From the NCBI GenBank assembly GCA_963806225.1, contig CAWDXG010000004.1, positions 3,872,001 to 3,936,000 on the forward strand: a DNA stretch of 64,000 nucleotides, written 5' to 3'. This document shows, piece after piece, positions 1 through 11,455 of this stretch. The DNA is from an uncultured delta proteobacterium (GTDB lineage Bacteria; Myxococcota_A; Polyangia; Polyangiales; Polyangiaceae). Below the pieces are notes generated by a model. The model worked only from the letters and a program-made list of their open reading frames with translations. It was not told the origin of the DNA and made no database searches. The first letter of the stretch is position 1. Each line of letters begins with the position of its first letter. Position numbers and translations under genes: made by a program.

Positions 1-312
1 CCGGCGCGCCGCGCCCTGGAGCAGGCACTGCCGACATTGTCTACCGCGCTCTGGGCTCTGTACTGGGACGCGGCTCGTGATCCCGAGCTGCTGGAACGAG
101 CGCGAAAGACAGGTTCGCTCGAGGAGCCCGCGAACCAGGCCCCCATCTGGACCGCGCCGAACAACATGTCGTTCCTGATTCTGTCGCAACGCGTAAGCGC
201 CGACAGCGAGCTGACCCAGCGCGTCGGCGTGCTGCGGGAGAAGCCGCAGCGCTCATCGGGCGTGCAGCGCGTCGACCGGCAGGCGGAGCCCGCCGTAGCG
301 AGTGCGCCCTAG
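1..312 (+). CDS. 3' end of a hypothetical protein (5'-truncated by window edge)
   Basis: Frame +1 is open from base 1 to TAG at 310-312 with GC3-rich codons; no recognisable motif. Confidence 0.55.
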   Translation, partial: PARRALEQALPTLSTALWALYWDAARDPELLERARKTGSLEEPANQAPIWTAPNNMSFLILSQRVSADSELTQRVGVLREKPQRSSGVQRVDRQAEPAVASAP

Positions 313-773
313 GCGACCGCGCGCAGCGAGGCGGGCGGCTCCGAGGGCAGCGCGCGGACGCGAAGCGTGAGGCCTTCGTCGGCGTCGAGCTCGTCGGCAA
401 GCCCGGCCACGATCCGGCAGAGCTCGCGTCGATGGGCGGCGGCACCGTCAAGAACGACCACGACCTGCCCGCCTCCGGACACCGAGAGCTCGTACAGAAG
501 CGCGCGGAGCAGGGTGCGGCGCGAGGCCATCATGGCCGCGCCGCCCTCTCCGTTGCACACGACCATGGCCCGCTGTGCAGAAGTTCCGCGCACGATGCCG
601 CGGATGCGCCCCAGCGCCCTCCCGGCGAACCCGTCGTACGCTTCGTCGCCGCTCTGGGCGAGCACCCACACGCTGCTGTCCGGCCCGTTCTGCCCGTCGA
701 TCCAGCCCGGCCAGCGGCTTCCCCGCTCCATCACCACCATCGCTTCGCTCGTCATCGCCGCGGATCGTCCCAT
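309..773 (-). CDS. Hypothetical protein
   Basis: Plausible alpha/beta sequence (MVVMERGSRWPGW...VWVLAQ...QVVVVLD); start is ATG 773 or 755 rather than 860. Confidence 0.6.
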   Translation of the reverse strand: MGRSAAMTSEAMVVMERGSRWPGWIDGQNGPDSSVWVLAQSGDEAYDGFAGRALGRIRGIVRGTSAQRAMVVCNGEGGAAMMASRRTLLRALLYELSVSGGGQVVVVLDGAAAHRRELCRIVAGLADELDADEGLTLRVRALPSEPPASLRAVA

Positions 774-862
774 GACCGGAGCCGCGCGGGCCACAAAAGC
801 GTAAGCTCGGGCCGGTGCAGCCGGACATGATGGGCTACGCGGGAGCGTCGGCAGAGCCACGC

Positions 863-1300
863 ATGACCGCGCAGGACGCCGAACAGCTCAGACTCCTGTC
901 GATCTTCCAGTTCGTCTACGCAGGGCTGATGGGGCTGGTAGCGCTGATACCGATCATCCACGTCTCGCTCGGCGTGGCGATCGTTTCGGGCGCCCTGCCG
1001 ATGGGGCCCTCCGGCGGCAGCGCCGGCGGGCCGCCACCGGCCGTGATGGGATGGTTCTTCATCGTGATCGGCGGAGCGATCATCCTGTTTGGATTCCTGA
1101 CTGCAGCCCTGAACGCGCTGGGGGCGCTGTTCCTGCGCCGCCATACGCACCGCACGTTCTGCATGGTCGTCGCGGCCGTCGACTGTTTGAACATGCCGCT
1201 CGGAACCGCGCTGGGCGTCTTCACGCTGATCGTCCTGGGGCGGCCAGGTGTTCGCGCGGAGTTCAGAAGGTCGGCGGGCAACCTGCCCTACGCAGCGTGA
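863..1300 (+). CDS. Hypothetical integral membrane protein (3-4 TM helices)
   Basis: Hydrophobic segments; DAEQLRLLSIF and CLNMPLGTALGVFTLIVL motifs; ATG 863 chosen as start. Confidence 0.75.
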   Translation: MTAQDAEQLRLLSIFQFVYAGLMGLVALIPIIHVSLGVAIVSGALPMGPSGGSAGGPPPAVMGWFFIVIGGAIILFGFLTAALNALGALFLRRHTHRTFCMVVAAVDCLNMPLGTALGVFTLIVLGRPGVRAEFRRSAGNLPYAA

Positions 1301-1307
1301 GCCCGCG

Positions 1308-4091
1308 CTAGGCTGCGCGCCGGCGACGCTTCGGCAGGAACTTGCGATCGAAGAGCCGCACGCGGCGGATCAGCAGGTCGAGCAGGAACGCCAGGATCGC
1401 CGCGAGGATGAAGCGGTTGTGCAGCTGCTTGTGGTAGACGATCTTGTCCTTGCCGGGGTCGAAGACAGCCTTCGGCTTCGGATCAAGCGTGCCGCCCCCT
1501 GCCAGCGCGGCGCGCTCCAGGCGGTCCACATCAGGCTCGAAGCTCGCGTACTCGCGCGGATACGGGTTCGAGATGTGGCCGTAGCTGACGGCAATCTGCT
1601 TCAGGTTGTCGTTCTTGTCCCGCTTGTAGTGCTTGGCCTGGAGCAGGAAGGAGCCGTACTTGTCCAGCCTGAACTGTGCCTGGTAGCGGCCGGGCGCGAT
1701 CTGCTTCATGTCGACCTCTCGACGGTCGCCGTCCGGTTCCGGCCCCTTGATGACCAGCTTCGACTCCATGTCGTTGTCGAATCGCTCGTCCAGGCTGAAG
1801 GCGTCGACGGTGGCGCGCACGACACCGTTTTCGACCTCTGTCTTCATGTCCAGCTCGCGGCGCTGCTTCTTGCGCATGTTGTCGCGAACCAGCTGCCCCC
1901 AGAACTTGCTGTAGCCCGGCCAGCGCAGCCAATCGACCGCCCAAAGGTTCTTCACGTCGCTGGTCCAGGCCAGCGTGGTGCCGAGGCCCACCTTCGAGCG
2001 CGCCAGAATCGGTTCACCGCGGTCGCTGGCCAGGATGAGCTGCGCGGGCGGGCCCTTCATCTGGGTCGCGACATAGCCGTGCAGAAGCGGCGCGGAATTG
2101 ATGGCAATGCCCTTGAGGAAATCCGCCGGCGCGACCTGCTGCACCGGGAACCACTCTTCCACCGCCGCCTGCCTCGCGATGAGCTCCGTCTCCCGCGTGA
2201 AGATCTTCGGCAGGCTGTTGGGATCCGGAACCGCATGGTAGCGGCCGCCACCAGTCTCCGCGATCATGCGTAGCAGGTCCCCGTCGGCGCCGTCGCCAAG
2301 GCCGACGGTGGTCACCGTGATCGACTCCGCGATCATCGCCTGCACCAGATCCTTGATGCCCTGCGACGGGGCACGGCCGTCGGTGAGCAGGATGACGTGC
2401 TTCTTCCGCGCCTGCACCACGCTGATGTCCTGGTAGGCCATGTCGAGCGCGGGGAAGATCTCGGTGCCGCCACCCGCCTGGATCCGCGCGATCTCGTTCT
2501 GGATCCGGCTCCTGTAGCGTGCCGGCCCCATCTTCACGTAGCGGTTCGGCGTGGAATCGAACGCGATCACCTCGATCAGATCGTCGCCCTGCAGCGTGCC
2601 GACGGTGGCCTTGCAGGCGGCTTTCGCCATTTCGATGGGCAGGCCGTTCATCGATCCGGAGCGGTCGATAACCAGCACCATGGCCACGCTCGGCATGTCC
2701 TTGCGGCGCTGCGCGTCCATGCGCACCGGCAGGATGCGTTCGATCGTGGTGTGCGCCCAGCCGCCCAGCCCGTAGCCGTTCTCGCCGCCCGCGAACAGGA
2801 AGCCGCCGCCCAGGTCGCGGACGTACTTCTCGATCAGATCCTGCGAAGCGAGGCTCACCTGCTCCTTCGGCACATCGCTGAGGATCACGAAGTCGTAGCG
2901 CTCGAGCTCTTTCAGGCTGGCGGGAAAGGCCGCGGGGGCGCGCACGTCGACATCGAACTGCTGGGCGCTCAGCGCGCTCGTCAGATAGCTGGCACGGGAC
3001 GGCTGCCCCTCGACGTACAGGATGGCGGGGCGACCGGGCACGTCGAGCGTCGCGCTGTAGCTGTTGTTCTGCTTGAACTTGTCGCTCGTGAGCTGGTCCA
3101 GCTTGAGCGAGTAGGTGACGGGACCGCCCACGCGCACCACGCTCTTGAACTTGACCTCGTTGTTGCCCGGCTTCAGGTCCAGATCCCGCACGCTGTCGAG
3201 GCCGTTGAGCGTCACGCCCTGGTAGAGCCGGGCGTGCGCCTTCTCGTGGCGGCTGGCGTAGATGTCGGCGGTGATGTCGAACGGCTGCCCGATGTCGACC
3301 TTGTCCGGCAGGTGCAGGGTCTTGAGCGCGACCTCGCCGGGCGGCGGACGCCGATAGGGCACCGCGAAGAGCTTCACACCGAAGCCACGCGCGCGGTTCG
3401 CCTCGGCCAGCACGTCTCCATCCGTCTCGACACCGTCGCTCATGAGCACGGCGTGCTTGAGGTAGCCCGGCGGGAACACGCCGTAGGCGAGCTGCAGCGC
3501 CGCCTGCAGATCGCTGCCCGCACCCGGGTCGACCGGATCCTTCGGGTCGTCCGGCGTCTCGTGGCGCAGCTTTCCGACCGGCGGAACCACGAGCTTTCCG
3601 TCCTTCTTCTCCAGCTCCACCAGACGCGGGCGGCGCGCGAACGTCACCAGCCGGACCAGGTCGTCCTTCTTCTGCGCCTTGATGGCCTGCTCGACCACCT
3701 TGCGCGCATCCTCGATCGAAGCGTTCTGGACCGAGTCGCTGACATCCATCAGGAAAACGGTGCAGACCTTCTGCGTCTCGGCCGTGCGCGCAAGCCGCGC
3801 CAGGCCGAGCGCCAACAGCCCGATGAATGCGATCCGGAGCAGAACCGACAGCACACGCTGCTGCCAGGGCAGGTCGGCAAGCGAGCGCCCCAGCACGAAC
3901 AGCAGCAGCGGCGCCACCAGCAGGATGCCGAGGGTCCGCGGCTGCAGAAACTCGTAGGTCACGCCGTGGCGGACCCACTTGATGGTCGCGGTAGGCGCGT
4001 CGAGGATGAAGTGCTTGTAGGCGGCGAACAGGCCGACGCCGACCAGGGCGATGAAAAGCCCCCACACGACTTTTCGCGTGCGCGGGCTCAT
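1308..4091 (-). CDS. Membrane-anchored double-VWA protein with a glutamine-amidotransferase-like domain (MoxR-associated)
   Basis: Two MIDAS motifs (LMDVSDSV, VIDRSGSM); LMSDGVET and LLTDG; YDFVILSDVP and GGGFLFAGG; N- and C-terminal TM segments; ATG 4091 overlaps the upstream stop. Confidence 0.85.
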   Translation of the reverse strand: MSPRTRKVVWGLFIALVGVGLFAAYKHFILDAPTATIKWVRHGVTYEFLQPRTLGILLVAPLLLFVLGRSLADLPWQQRVLSVLLRIAFIGLLALGLARLARTAETQKVCTVFLMDVSDSVQNASIEDARKVVEQAIKAQKKDDLVRLVTFARRPRLVELEKKDGKLVVPPVGKLRHETPDDPKDPVDPGAGSDLQAALQLAYGVFPPGYLKHAVLMSDGVETDGDVLAEANRARGFGVKLFAVPYRRPPPGEVALKTLHLPDKVDIGQPFDITADIYASRHEKAHARLYQGVTLNGLDSVRDLDLKPGNNEVKFKSVVRVGGPVTYSLKLDQLTSDKFKQNNSYSATLDVPGRPAILYVEGQPSRASYLTSALSAQQFDVDVRAPAAFPASLKELERYDFVILSDVPKEQVSLASQDLIEKYVRDLGGGFLFAGGENGYGLGGWAHTTIERILPVRMDAQRRKDMPSVAMVLVIDRSGSMNGLPIEMAKAACKATVGTLQGDDLIEVIAFDSTPNRYVKMGPARYRSRIQNEIARIQAGGGTEIFPALDMAYQDISVVQARKKHVILLTDGRAPSQGIKDLVQAMIAESITVTTVGLGDGADGDLLRMIAETGGGRYHAVPDPNSLPKIFTRETELIARQAAVEEWFPVQQVAPADFLKGIAINSAPLLHGYVATQMKGPPAQLILASDRGEPILARSKVGLGTTLAWTSDVKNLWAVDWLRWPGYSKFWGQLVRDNMRKKQRRELDMKTEVENGVVRATVDAFSLDERFDNDMESKLVIKGPEPDGDRREVDMKQIAPGRYQAQFRLDKYGSFLLQAKHYKRDKNDNLKQIAVSYGHISNPYPREYASFEPDVDRLERAALAGGGTLDPKPKAVFDPGKDKIVYHKQLHNRFILAAILAFLLDLLIRRVRLFDRKFLPKRRRRAA

Positions 4092-5975
4092 ACCGTCACC
4101 CTCCGGTGGTACGTGATCCACTCCAGCAGCGACAGCAGCACCGCCCCGAAGAGGAGGTACAGCCACAGCTCGCGGCGCACGCCCGCGTGGAAGTCGAGCG
4201 ACGCCGTGGCCTTCTGTCCGCCGAGCTCCAGCTTGTCCACGGGCTTGATCCGGCTCTCCGATACGTCCGAGAGGTTGGCGGCGAACATGCTGGTGACCGG
4301 TGGCTCGCCGGGCACGATGAGCTTGTAGAAGCCGGCCTGGTCACCGAGGTAGACCGCGCGTCCTTCCTTGACCGGCACGCGGTGCTCGTGTCCGGCGGGG
4401 TCGACCAGTGTCGCCACCTCGGCGGTGCTGGGCGCGGGGATCCGCCATACCTCGCCGGTGCGGTACGACGAGAGATACCCGGTGTCCTCCTCGACGAAGC
4501 TGTTGATGGTGTTGAGGACGAAGAGCGGCCACCCGACCCGCAGCACGAAGTCGCTCTGCCGGGGATCGAAGCCGAGCTCGACGAACCTGCGGCCGTTGCG
4601 GCGACCGGCAACCAGGATCGGACCCTTCACGCTGGCTCCGATCACGTGGTCCTCGCGCTCGGGCTCGAGCTTGTGGCCGTCGGCCACCTGGATGTCGCCC
4701 ATGTCGATCCAGCGCAGGACCGGGCTCTTCTTGTCCCACACGTCGAAGCCGAACGCGTCGATCGAGTGACCGGGCTTCACCGGCGCGCTCGCGTCGTCCG
4801 GCGGGTCGAGGTACAGCGCCGAGCCGGTGTTCTTCGCCAGCGGCGGAGCGACGCCGTCGAAAATCGTAACGTCGTAGTTCTCCTTGGGCGGGTACTTCGA
4901 CGGCGCGATCTCGGTCACGTCGAGGTACTCGTCGAGCAGCAGCGCCGCTTCGAGATAGGTGTTCCCGCGCGTGACGGCGAGCACCCGCGCGCGGTGCCGT
5001 TCGGGCATGAGGGCGTAGGCGTGGTCATCCGCCGGGAGGTCGTCGTGTTCGCCGTCGGCGAGCTTGATCGTCGCTTCCAGCGTGCGGCTGGCGCCCGCGA
5101 GGTCCTTGTAGAACCGCGGCAGGCGTTCGTTCGGCGCCAGGTGAAGCCGCGTCACGTCCACGACCTGGCCGTCGCCGAGCAGCGTGAGCTCGACATCCAC
5201 CGGCTTGTCGTTGGTATTGGTGACCTCGAGCATCACCTCGTAGCGGGATTTGTCGAGCGGGTAGCGCCGCACGGAAAAGCGGGTGATCGCGACGTTTTTC
5301 CCGCTCTTCCCGATCGGCACGTATTTCAGGTCGACGTCGCCGGAGGTCGAGCCCCCGCGCGATCTCCTTTGGATCACCGACCTCGCCATCGCTGAGCACG
5401 ATGATCTCCGGGCGCGGCAGATCGCGCAAGCTGTCGAGCGCAAAGCGCAGGCCGCGCGCCAGGTCGGCGCGCGTGTCGGAGGCGTGGATCTGGTCGACAG
5501 CCGCTTGCAGGTTCGACTCGTCGCCGCTCATCGTGGAAAGCGGTCTGAGCGATGCGTCCATCTGCGCAATCAGCATCCGGTCGGAGCCGCCCAGGCCGCG
5601 CACCATCTTCGCCAGCTTCTGCTTTGCGACGGCGATGCGTGAAGGCTTCACGTCGGTCGCCTTCATGCTGGCGCTCGCGTCCACCAGCACCACGATGTTC
5701 CGGCCCTTGGTGACCGAACGCGACAGGCGCGGATCGCCCAGCGCCAGGACCAGCAGCGCGAGCAGCAGCAGCTGCAGCAGCAGCGACAGCAGCCGCTTGA
5801 GCTGCGAGAACAGCGTGGTCGCTTCCTTGTCGCGCAGGATGCGCTGCCAGATGTGCGAGAACGGCACCGCAACCGGTCGCCGCCTGAGCTTGAGGATATA
5901 CAAGACGACGACCAGGCCGCCCGCGATGCCGCCGATCGCGAGCAGCGTGGAAAGCGGAAGCCCGGCGAAGATCAC
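4088..5975 (-). CDS. BatA-domain/VWA protein (frameshift near 5340, probably a sequencing error)
   Basis: BatA-like N-terminus (LYILKLRRRPVAVPFSHIW), MIDAS LVDASASM, VLSDG. ORFs 5025-5975 and 4088-5443 join by removing one base; C-terminal TM LEWITYHRR. Confidence 0.85.
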
Positions 5976-6924
5976 CTGAGGAACCCTCCGCGCCGGAACA
6001 CCCGGAGCACCAGCTCGTCGAACGACGCTTCCACGTCAGCAGGGAAGTACGGCACCTGGTGGGTCGTGCAGAAGCGTTCGATCTCGGCCTGGTACTCGCT
6101 CCAGGCGCGCTGCCATCTTCTCGAGCATCTTCTGCGTGACGGTGATTTCGCGCTCCTCGCCGGTCTCGCAATCGTAGATGCGCACGTCGCCCTTGAGCTT
6201 CGGGCGCGCCTCCTTGGGATCGATGATGTGCAGGACGTAGGGTTCGAACTTGTTGTAGCGGAGCACGTTGATGCCCGCCTCGAACCCCGCCGGGTCGTAC
6301 AGATCGCTGATGAGCACCGCCAATCCGCGGCGCTTGTGCTGGGCAACGAAGGTCTTGAGGCTGTCCGCCAGGTTCGTGGTGCCGTCGGGCTCCAGCGTTC
6401 GCAGGAACTGGAAGACCTTGAAGATGCGACCCTTGCCGCGGGTGGTGGGCATGCGCGCCACGACCTCGTCGCTCACGCCGACAATTGTCACCCGGTCCAG
6501 GTTGGCCAGGCCCACGTAGGCCAGCGCTGCAGCGAGCCGCCGCGCCTGATCGAACTTGCGCCCGTCGCCGAAACCCATGCTCGTGGAGCAGTCGACGATG
6601 AAGTAGATACTGAGATCTTCTTCTTCCTCGTACAGCCGCACCAGCAGCCGGCCGAAGCGCTGGTAGATATTCCAGTCGACGTAGCGGAAGTCGTCGCCCG
6701 GCACGTAGTCGCGGTGGTCGGCGAACTCGACGCCGCTGCCCTTCTTCTTGGTGCGGCGGTCGGCTCTGCAGCCGCCCGGCAAACACGCGACGGCTGACGA
6801 TCGCGAGCGTCTCCAGCTTCTTCTGGAACTCGTCGTCGAAGAGCTCGGCACGCTCCGGACGCACGAACCCCATCCGCCGCGAAACCGGCGCCGTGGCCCG
6901 CTTGAAGACGTCGAGAACGCTCAT
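5972..6924 (-). CDS. DUF58 protein (frameshifts near 6770 and 6110)
   Basis: GSGVEFADHRDYVPGDDFRYVDWN and IVDCSTSM are DUF58 hallmarks; three ORF pieces join by removing single bases. Confidence 0.9.
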
Positions 6925-6943
6925 CAGCCGGTCCTACCGTCCG

Positions 6944-7948
<1,005 letters not shown>

Positions 7949-8035
7949 GGCTCCCTCGATGGCTCGCGCCCTGGGGCGCGTCCGCTCGGATTGATCCACA
8001 AGCTGGGCAGGCGACGCTGTCGATACCGGCTATCC

Positions 8036-9956
8036 TCACTGGCGAGGCCGGATCAGCTGGAAGTACCGCCGCACGTAGAAGCGGTAGCCCGGCGGGATCT
8101 GGTCGTGGTTCATCACCTGCTCGGCTACGGTGTGGTAGTCGGTGTAGACCTTCTGGTAGCCGCGTCCCACGAAGCCGCGCTGCGCGGCGCCGTAGATCAC
8201 CTGGCTCGATGCCTTGCCCTGACCGGTGTCCTTGGCCGCGGCAGTCACGTCCTTCGTCTGTCCCTTGAGGTGGGTCTTGTCGCCCTTGAGGTTCGCGTCG
8301 TGGCCCGTCCCCCAGCTGTCGCCGCCCTTGCCCGCACCGCCACCGGGCTTGTCCCCGCTGCCCTGCTGGCCCGCTCCCTGACCTTGGCCGCCGGGCTGCC
8401 CAGCTCCGGGCTGCTGTCCGCCCATGCCGGGCATGAGGATCGATTTCCCACCACCCGGCCGCATCACGAGCGTGTCGCCCCCCTTGCCGCCCGGCTTCAG
8501 ACCCTGCCCCTGCTTGCCCTGCCCCTGCTTGCCGCCCTGTCCCTGCTGACCGCGCGCGCGCTGGGCGAAATTTGAGCAGCCGCTGCAACCGCTGCTTGCC
8601 CCCTTTGCCCTGCTGGCGCATCAGCTCGCGTAGCTCCTGCAGACGGCGGCGCAGCTCTTCCTTTTCCTTGTCGCTCATCTGCTCGCGCGCCATGCGGTTG
8701 ATGTCCTGGGCGCCCTGTTCCAGGTCCTTGGCGCTCATGCCCATCTGGCGCATGAGATCCTCGGCCGCCTGGGCCAGCTCGCGGTCGAGCCGGGAAAGCT
8801 GCCGCTGGGCGCGCTTTGCCTGGTCCTTCTGCCGGTCGAGGCGTTCGAGCTGGCGCTCCTTCTTGCGCAACAAGCTCCGCTGCTTGTTGCTCATCCCGCC
8901 GTCCTGCTTCTGCTTCTTGAGCAGGCTCTTCCGCTCCTTTTCGAGCTCTTTGCGGCGCTTCTCGATGCGTGCCAGCCGGCTCTTCTGCGCCTTGCTGGCC
9001 TTCTTCATCGCCTGGCGGAGCTGGTCGAGCTGGGCCTTGCTTGGCTTCTTGCCCTTGCGCTTCAACGCCTTGGCGAGATCGCGCATGGCCTTCTCGGCGT
9101 CCGCGAGGTTCTTCTGCTTGAGCGGGGTGGCGATCGGCTTCGAGAGGTCGGCCTTCTCGAGCTCCTCGGCGATGCCCTTGAGGCCCTGTTCGCGCGCATC
9201 CCGATCCGCCTTGGCTCCCTCGAGCAGCTGGCGGTCGAGCGCCTCCATGCGCTTGAACACCTCGCGGCGATCGAGCCGGCGGTGAGCGATGTCCTCGATG
9301 AGCTGGTTGAAGCGGCGGACCGCGGCCAGCGTCTCCGGGTCCTGGGTCTTGTCTTTCATCTCCCTGGCCATGCCGCGGAACAACTCGACGTCGTCGGGGC
9401 TCATGACCAGGGGATTGAAGTCGTCCGGCGGCGGGATCACCCGCGCGGTGCGCACCTCGAGCAACGACACGCCGACGAGCGCGACGACCAGCACGGCCGC
9501 CACTGCGAGCTCCCGTGGCAGATGCAGCGGCGCCGCGCGGCGCGGCTCGAGGTCCGGAGCACGGGCGACCGCGTCGTCGATGGCGGCGTCCATCAGAGCC
9601 GTGCGCTGCTCGGCGGGGAGCTCCTGGAAGCTCAACGCGCTCGCGATACGGTCGTCCAGGCGGTGGTGGCGGTCGAGCAGCAGCGCTCCATGGTGGCGTG
9701 GTCGCGCCTTGAGCCACGCATGCAGCGTGCCCCCGACCAACACGGCCAGAGGCAGGAGCCCGAGAAGCAGCACCGTCTGCTGGAGCTCGGGCGTAGGTCG
9801 CACCACCTTGACCCAGGTGAGGAAGCCGATCGCGTAGACGAGTGGGAGCGGCAGGAGCAGAGCGGCGCGTGCCAGCGTTTCGTCAACGCGCTGCCGCAGC
9901 GCCGTCCGGCGAGCAGCGCGTGCCAGGCGCTTCAGGTTGGCTTGTCGCTCCGGCAA
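8036..9956 (-). CDS. Membrane-anchored long coiled-coil protein with a Gly/Gln-rich tail, MoxR-operon partner (frameshift near 8570)
   Basis: N-terminal TM helices, LDDRIASAL, a K/E/Q/R-rich coiled coil, and C-terminal [16 protein letters not shown] start with AAGGAG RBS. Confidence 0.8.
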
Positions 9957-10375
9957 GTTCTCGTTTGCTCCTTCCTACGGACCTGACGCTTCTAACGCGC
10001 GAAAGTTCCGTCGCCTTTCGCTTCGCCCCAAGCTAGCAGATGGTAGCGCGCGCCCTGGCGCGGCTCGACCCCTGGATGCGGACAGGAGCCCGCGCCGGCA
10101 CTTCCAACAAGCGTGCGTGATTTCCGTAGTTTAGCATGCCAACCCGGCGCCGCACTGCGGCTCGGGCGGCGGCAGGTGTCAGCCATCGGACCACCCTGGG
10201 CGCGGCGTCCTTGGGCACTCCGTCTGGTCGGGACGCGAGGTCTCCGACGCGCCGGCCGGCAGCTGTGTTCCCGTTGACGGCACCCGCGACGCCTGGCCAT
10301 GACGATTCCCGTGGTTGACGCCCGAGCGCGCACTGGTCTCGAATAGCCCCCCCCGCCCCCCTGGAGTCCACGAAC

Positions 10376-11452
10376 ATGCCGAACGATGGAAGCACAGTTG
10401 TGCTGGTTGCCGACGACGAACCCAGCACGCGCGCACTGGTCGCAGGTCATCTGCGAAGCCAGGGCTACAGGATCATCGAAGCGTCCGACGGTGACGAAGC
10501 ATGGGAGCTCGCTCACGAGCACCTGCCGCACCTCGTCGTGCTCGACGTGATGATGCCCGGCATGAGCGGTTGGGAGGTCTGCCGCAAGATCCGCGAAGCA
10601 GTCTCGCTCGCTCACACCGGCATCGTGATGCTGACGGGCATCGGCGAGAACCTGAACGAGATGACCTCGCCGCTGTACGGCGCGGACGCCTACGTCGACA
10701 AGCCTTTCGAGTTTTCCGTGCTCGACGCGAAGATCAAGGAGACGCTCGCGAGGCGGAACGTCGGAGCGTTCGGCCGCGCCGACGCCACGACCGGGAGCGC
10801 ACCCGCTGCCGCAAGCACGCGCCCCGAGACGGAACCTTCCGAGGTGCCGGTGAAGAGCTCGGACGTGCGACGTGCGGCGGCGCGCAAACGTAGCGCCACC
10901 CTGAGGGCCCAGAAGAAGGCTGCGGAGGCACGCACGGAAGCCGCAGCCCCGACTTCTTCCACCGCCGCCCCGAAGAAGGCCGCCAAGAAGAAGGCCGCCA
11001 AGAAGAAGGCTGCGCCCAAGAAGAAGGCTGCGCCCAAGAAGAAGGCCGCCAAGAAGAAGGCCGCCAAGAAGAAGGCCGCGCCCAAGAAGAAGGCCGCGCC
11101 CAAGAAGAAGGCTGCGCCCAAGAAGAAGGCCGCCAAGAAGAAGGCCGCCAAGAAGAAGGCTGCGCCGAAGAAGAAGGCCGCCAAGAAGTCGGCCGCGCGA
11201 GTCGCGAAGAAAGCGCGCGCGAAGGCCAGCAAGGCGAAGAAGAAGACGACAGCGAAGAAGCCTGTGAAGAAGGCCGCGAAGAAGGCCACACGCACCGCGA
11301 AACGCGCCGCGAAGGAGACCGCGCGCAGGGTGAAGAAGGCGGCGCAGAAACTCGCGCGCAAGGCGCCCACGCGCAAAGCTGCGAAGAAGGCAGCCCGCAA
11401 GGCCAAGCGCAAGGTCGCGAAGAAGGTCACGCGCCGCGCGCGCAAGGCGTAG
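10376..11452 (+). CDS. Response regulator receiver domain fused to a histone H1-like Lys/Ala/Pro-rich tail
   Basis: VLVADDE, LDVMMPGMSG, MLTG and GADAYVDKPF form an intact receiver; ~160 C-terminal residues are dominated by K/A/R; GGAG RBS. Confidence 0.9.
   Translation: MPNDGSTVVLVADDEPSTRALVAGHLRSQGYRIIEASDGDEAWELAHEHLPHLVVLDVMMPGMSGWEVCRKIREAVSLAHTGIVMLTGIGENLNEMTSPLYGADAYVDKPFEFSVLDAKIKETLARRNVGAFGRADATTGSAPAAASTRPETEPSEVPVKSSDVRRAAARKRSATLRAQKKAAEARTEAAAPTSSTAAPKKAAKKKAAKKKAAPKKKAAPKKKAAKKKAAKKKAAPKKKAAPKKKAAPKKKAAKKKAAKKKAAPKKKAAKKSAARVAKKARAKASKAKKKTTAKKPVKKAAKKATRTAKRAAKETARRVKKAAQKLARKAPTRKAAKKAARKAKRKVAKKVTRRARKA
10972..11196 (+). repeat. Coding tandem repeat of 15-bp (KKKAA) and 18-bp (KKKAAP) units
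   Basis: 12 aagaagaaggcYgcS(ccS) units plus flanking KKAA and KKSAA variants. Confidence 0.95.
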
Positions 11453-11455
11453 TCG

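Noticed and set aside
10972..11196. Possible CRISPR array
   Set aside because: Contiguous in-frame units with no unique spacers and no cas genes.
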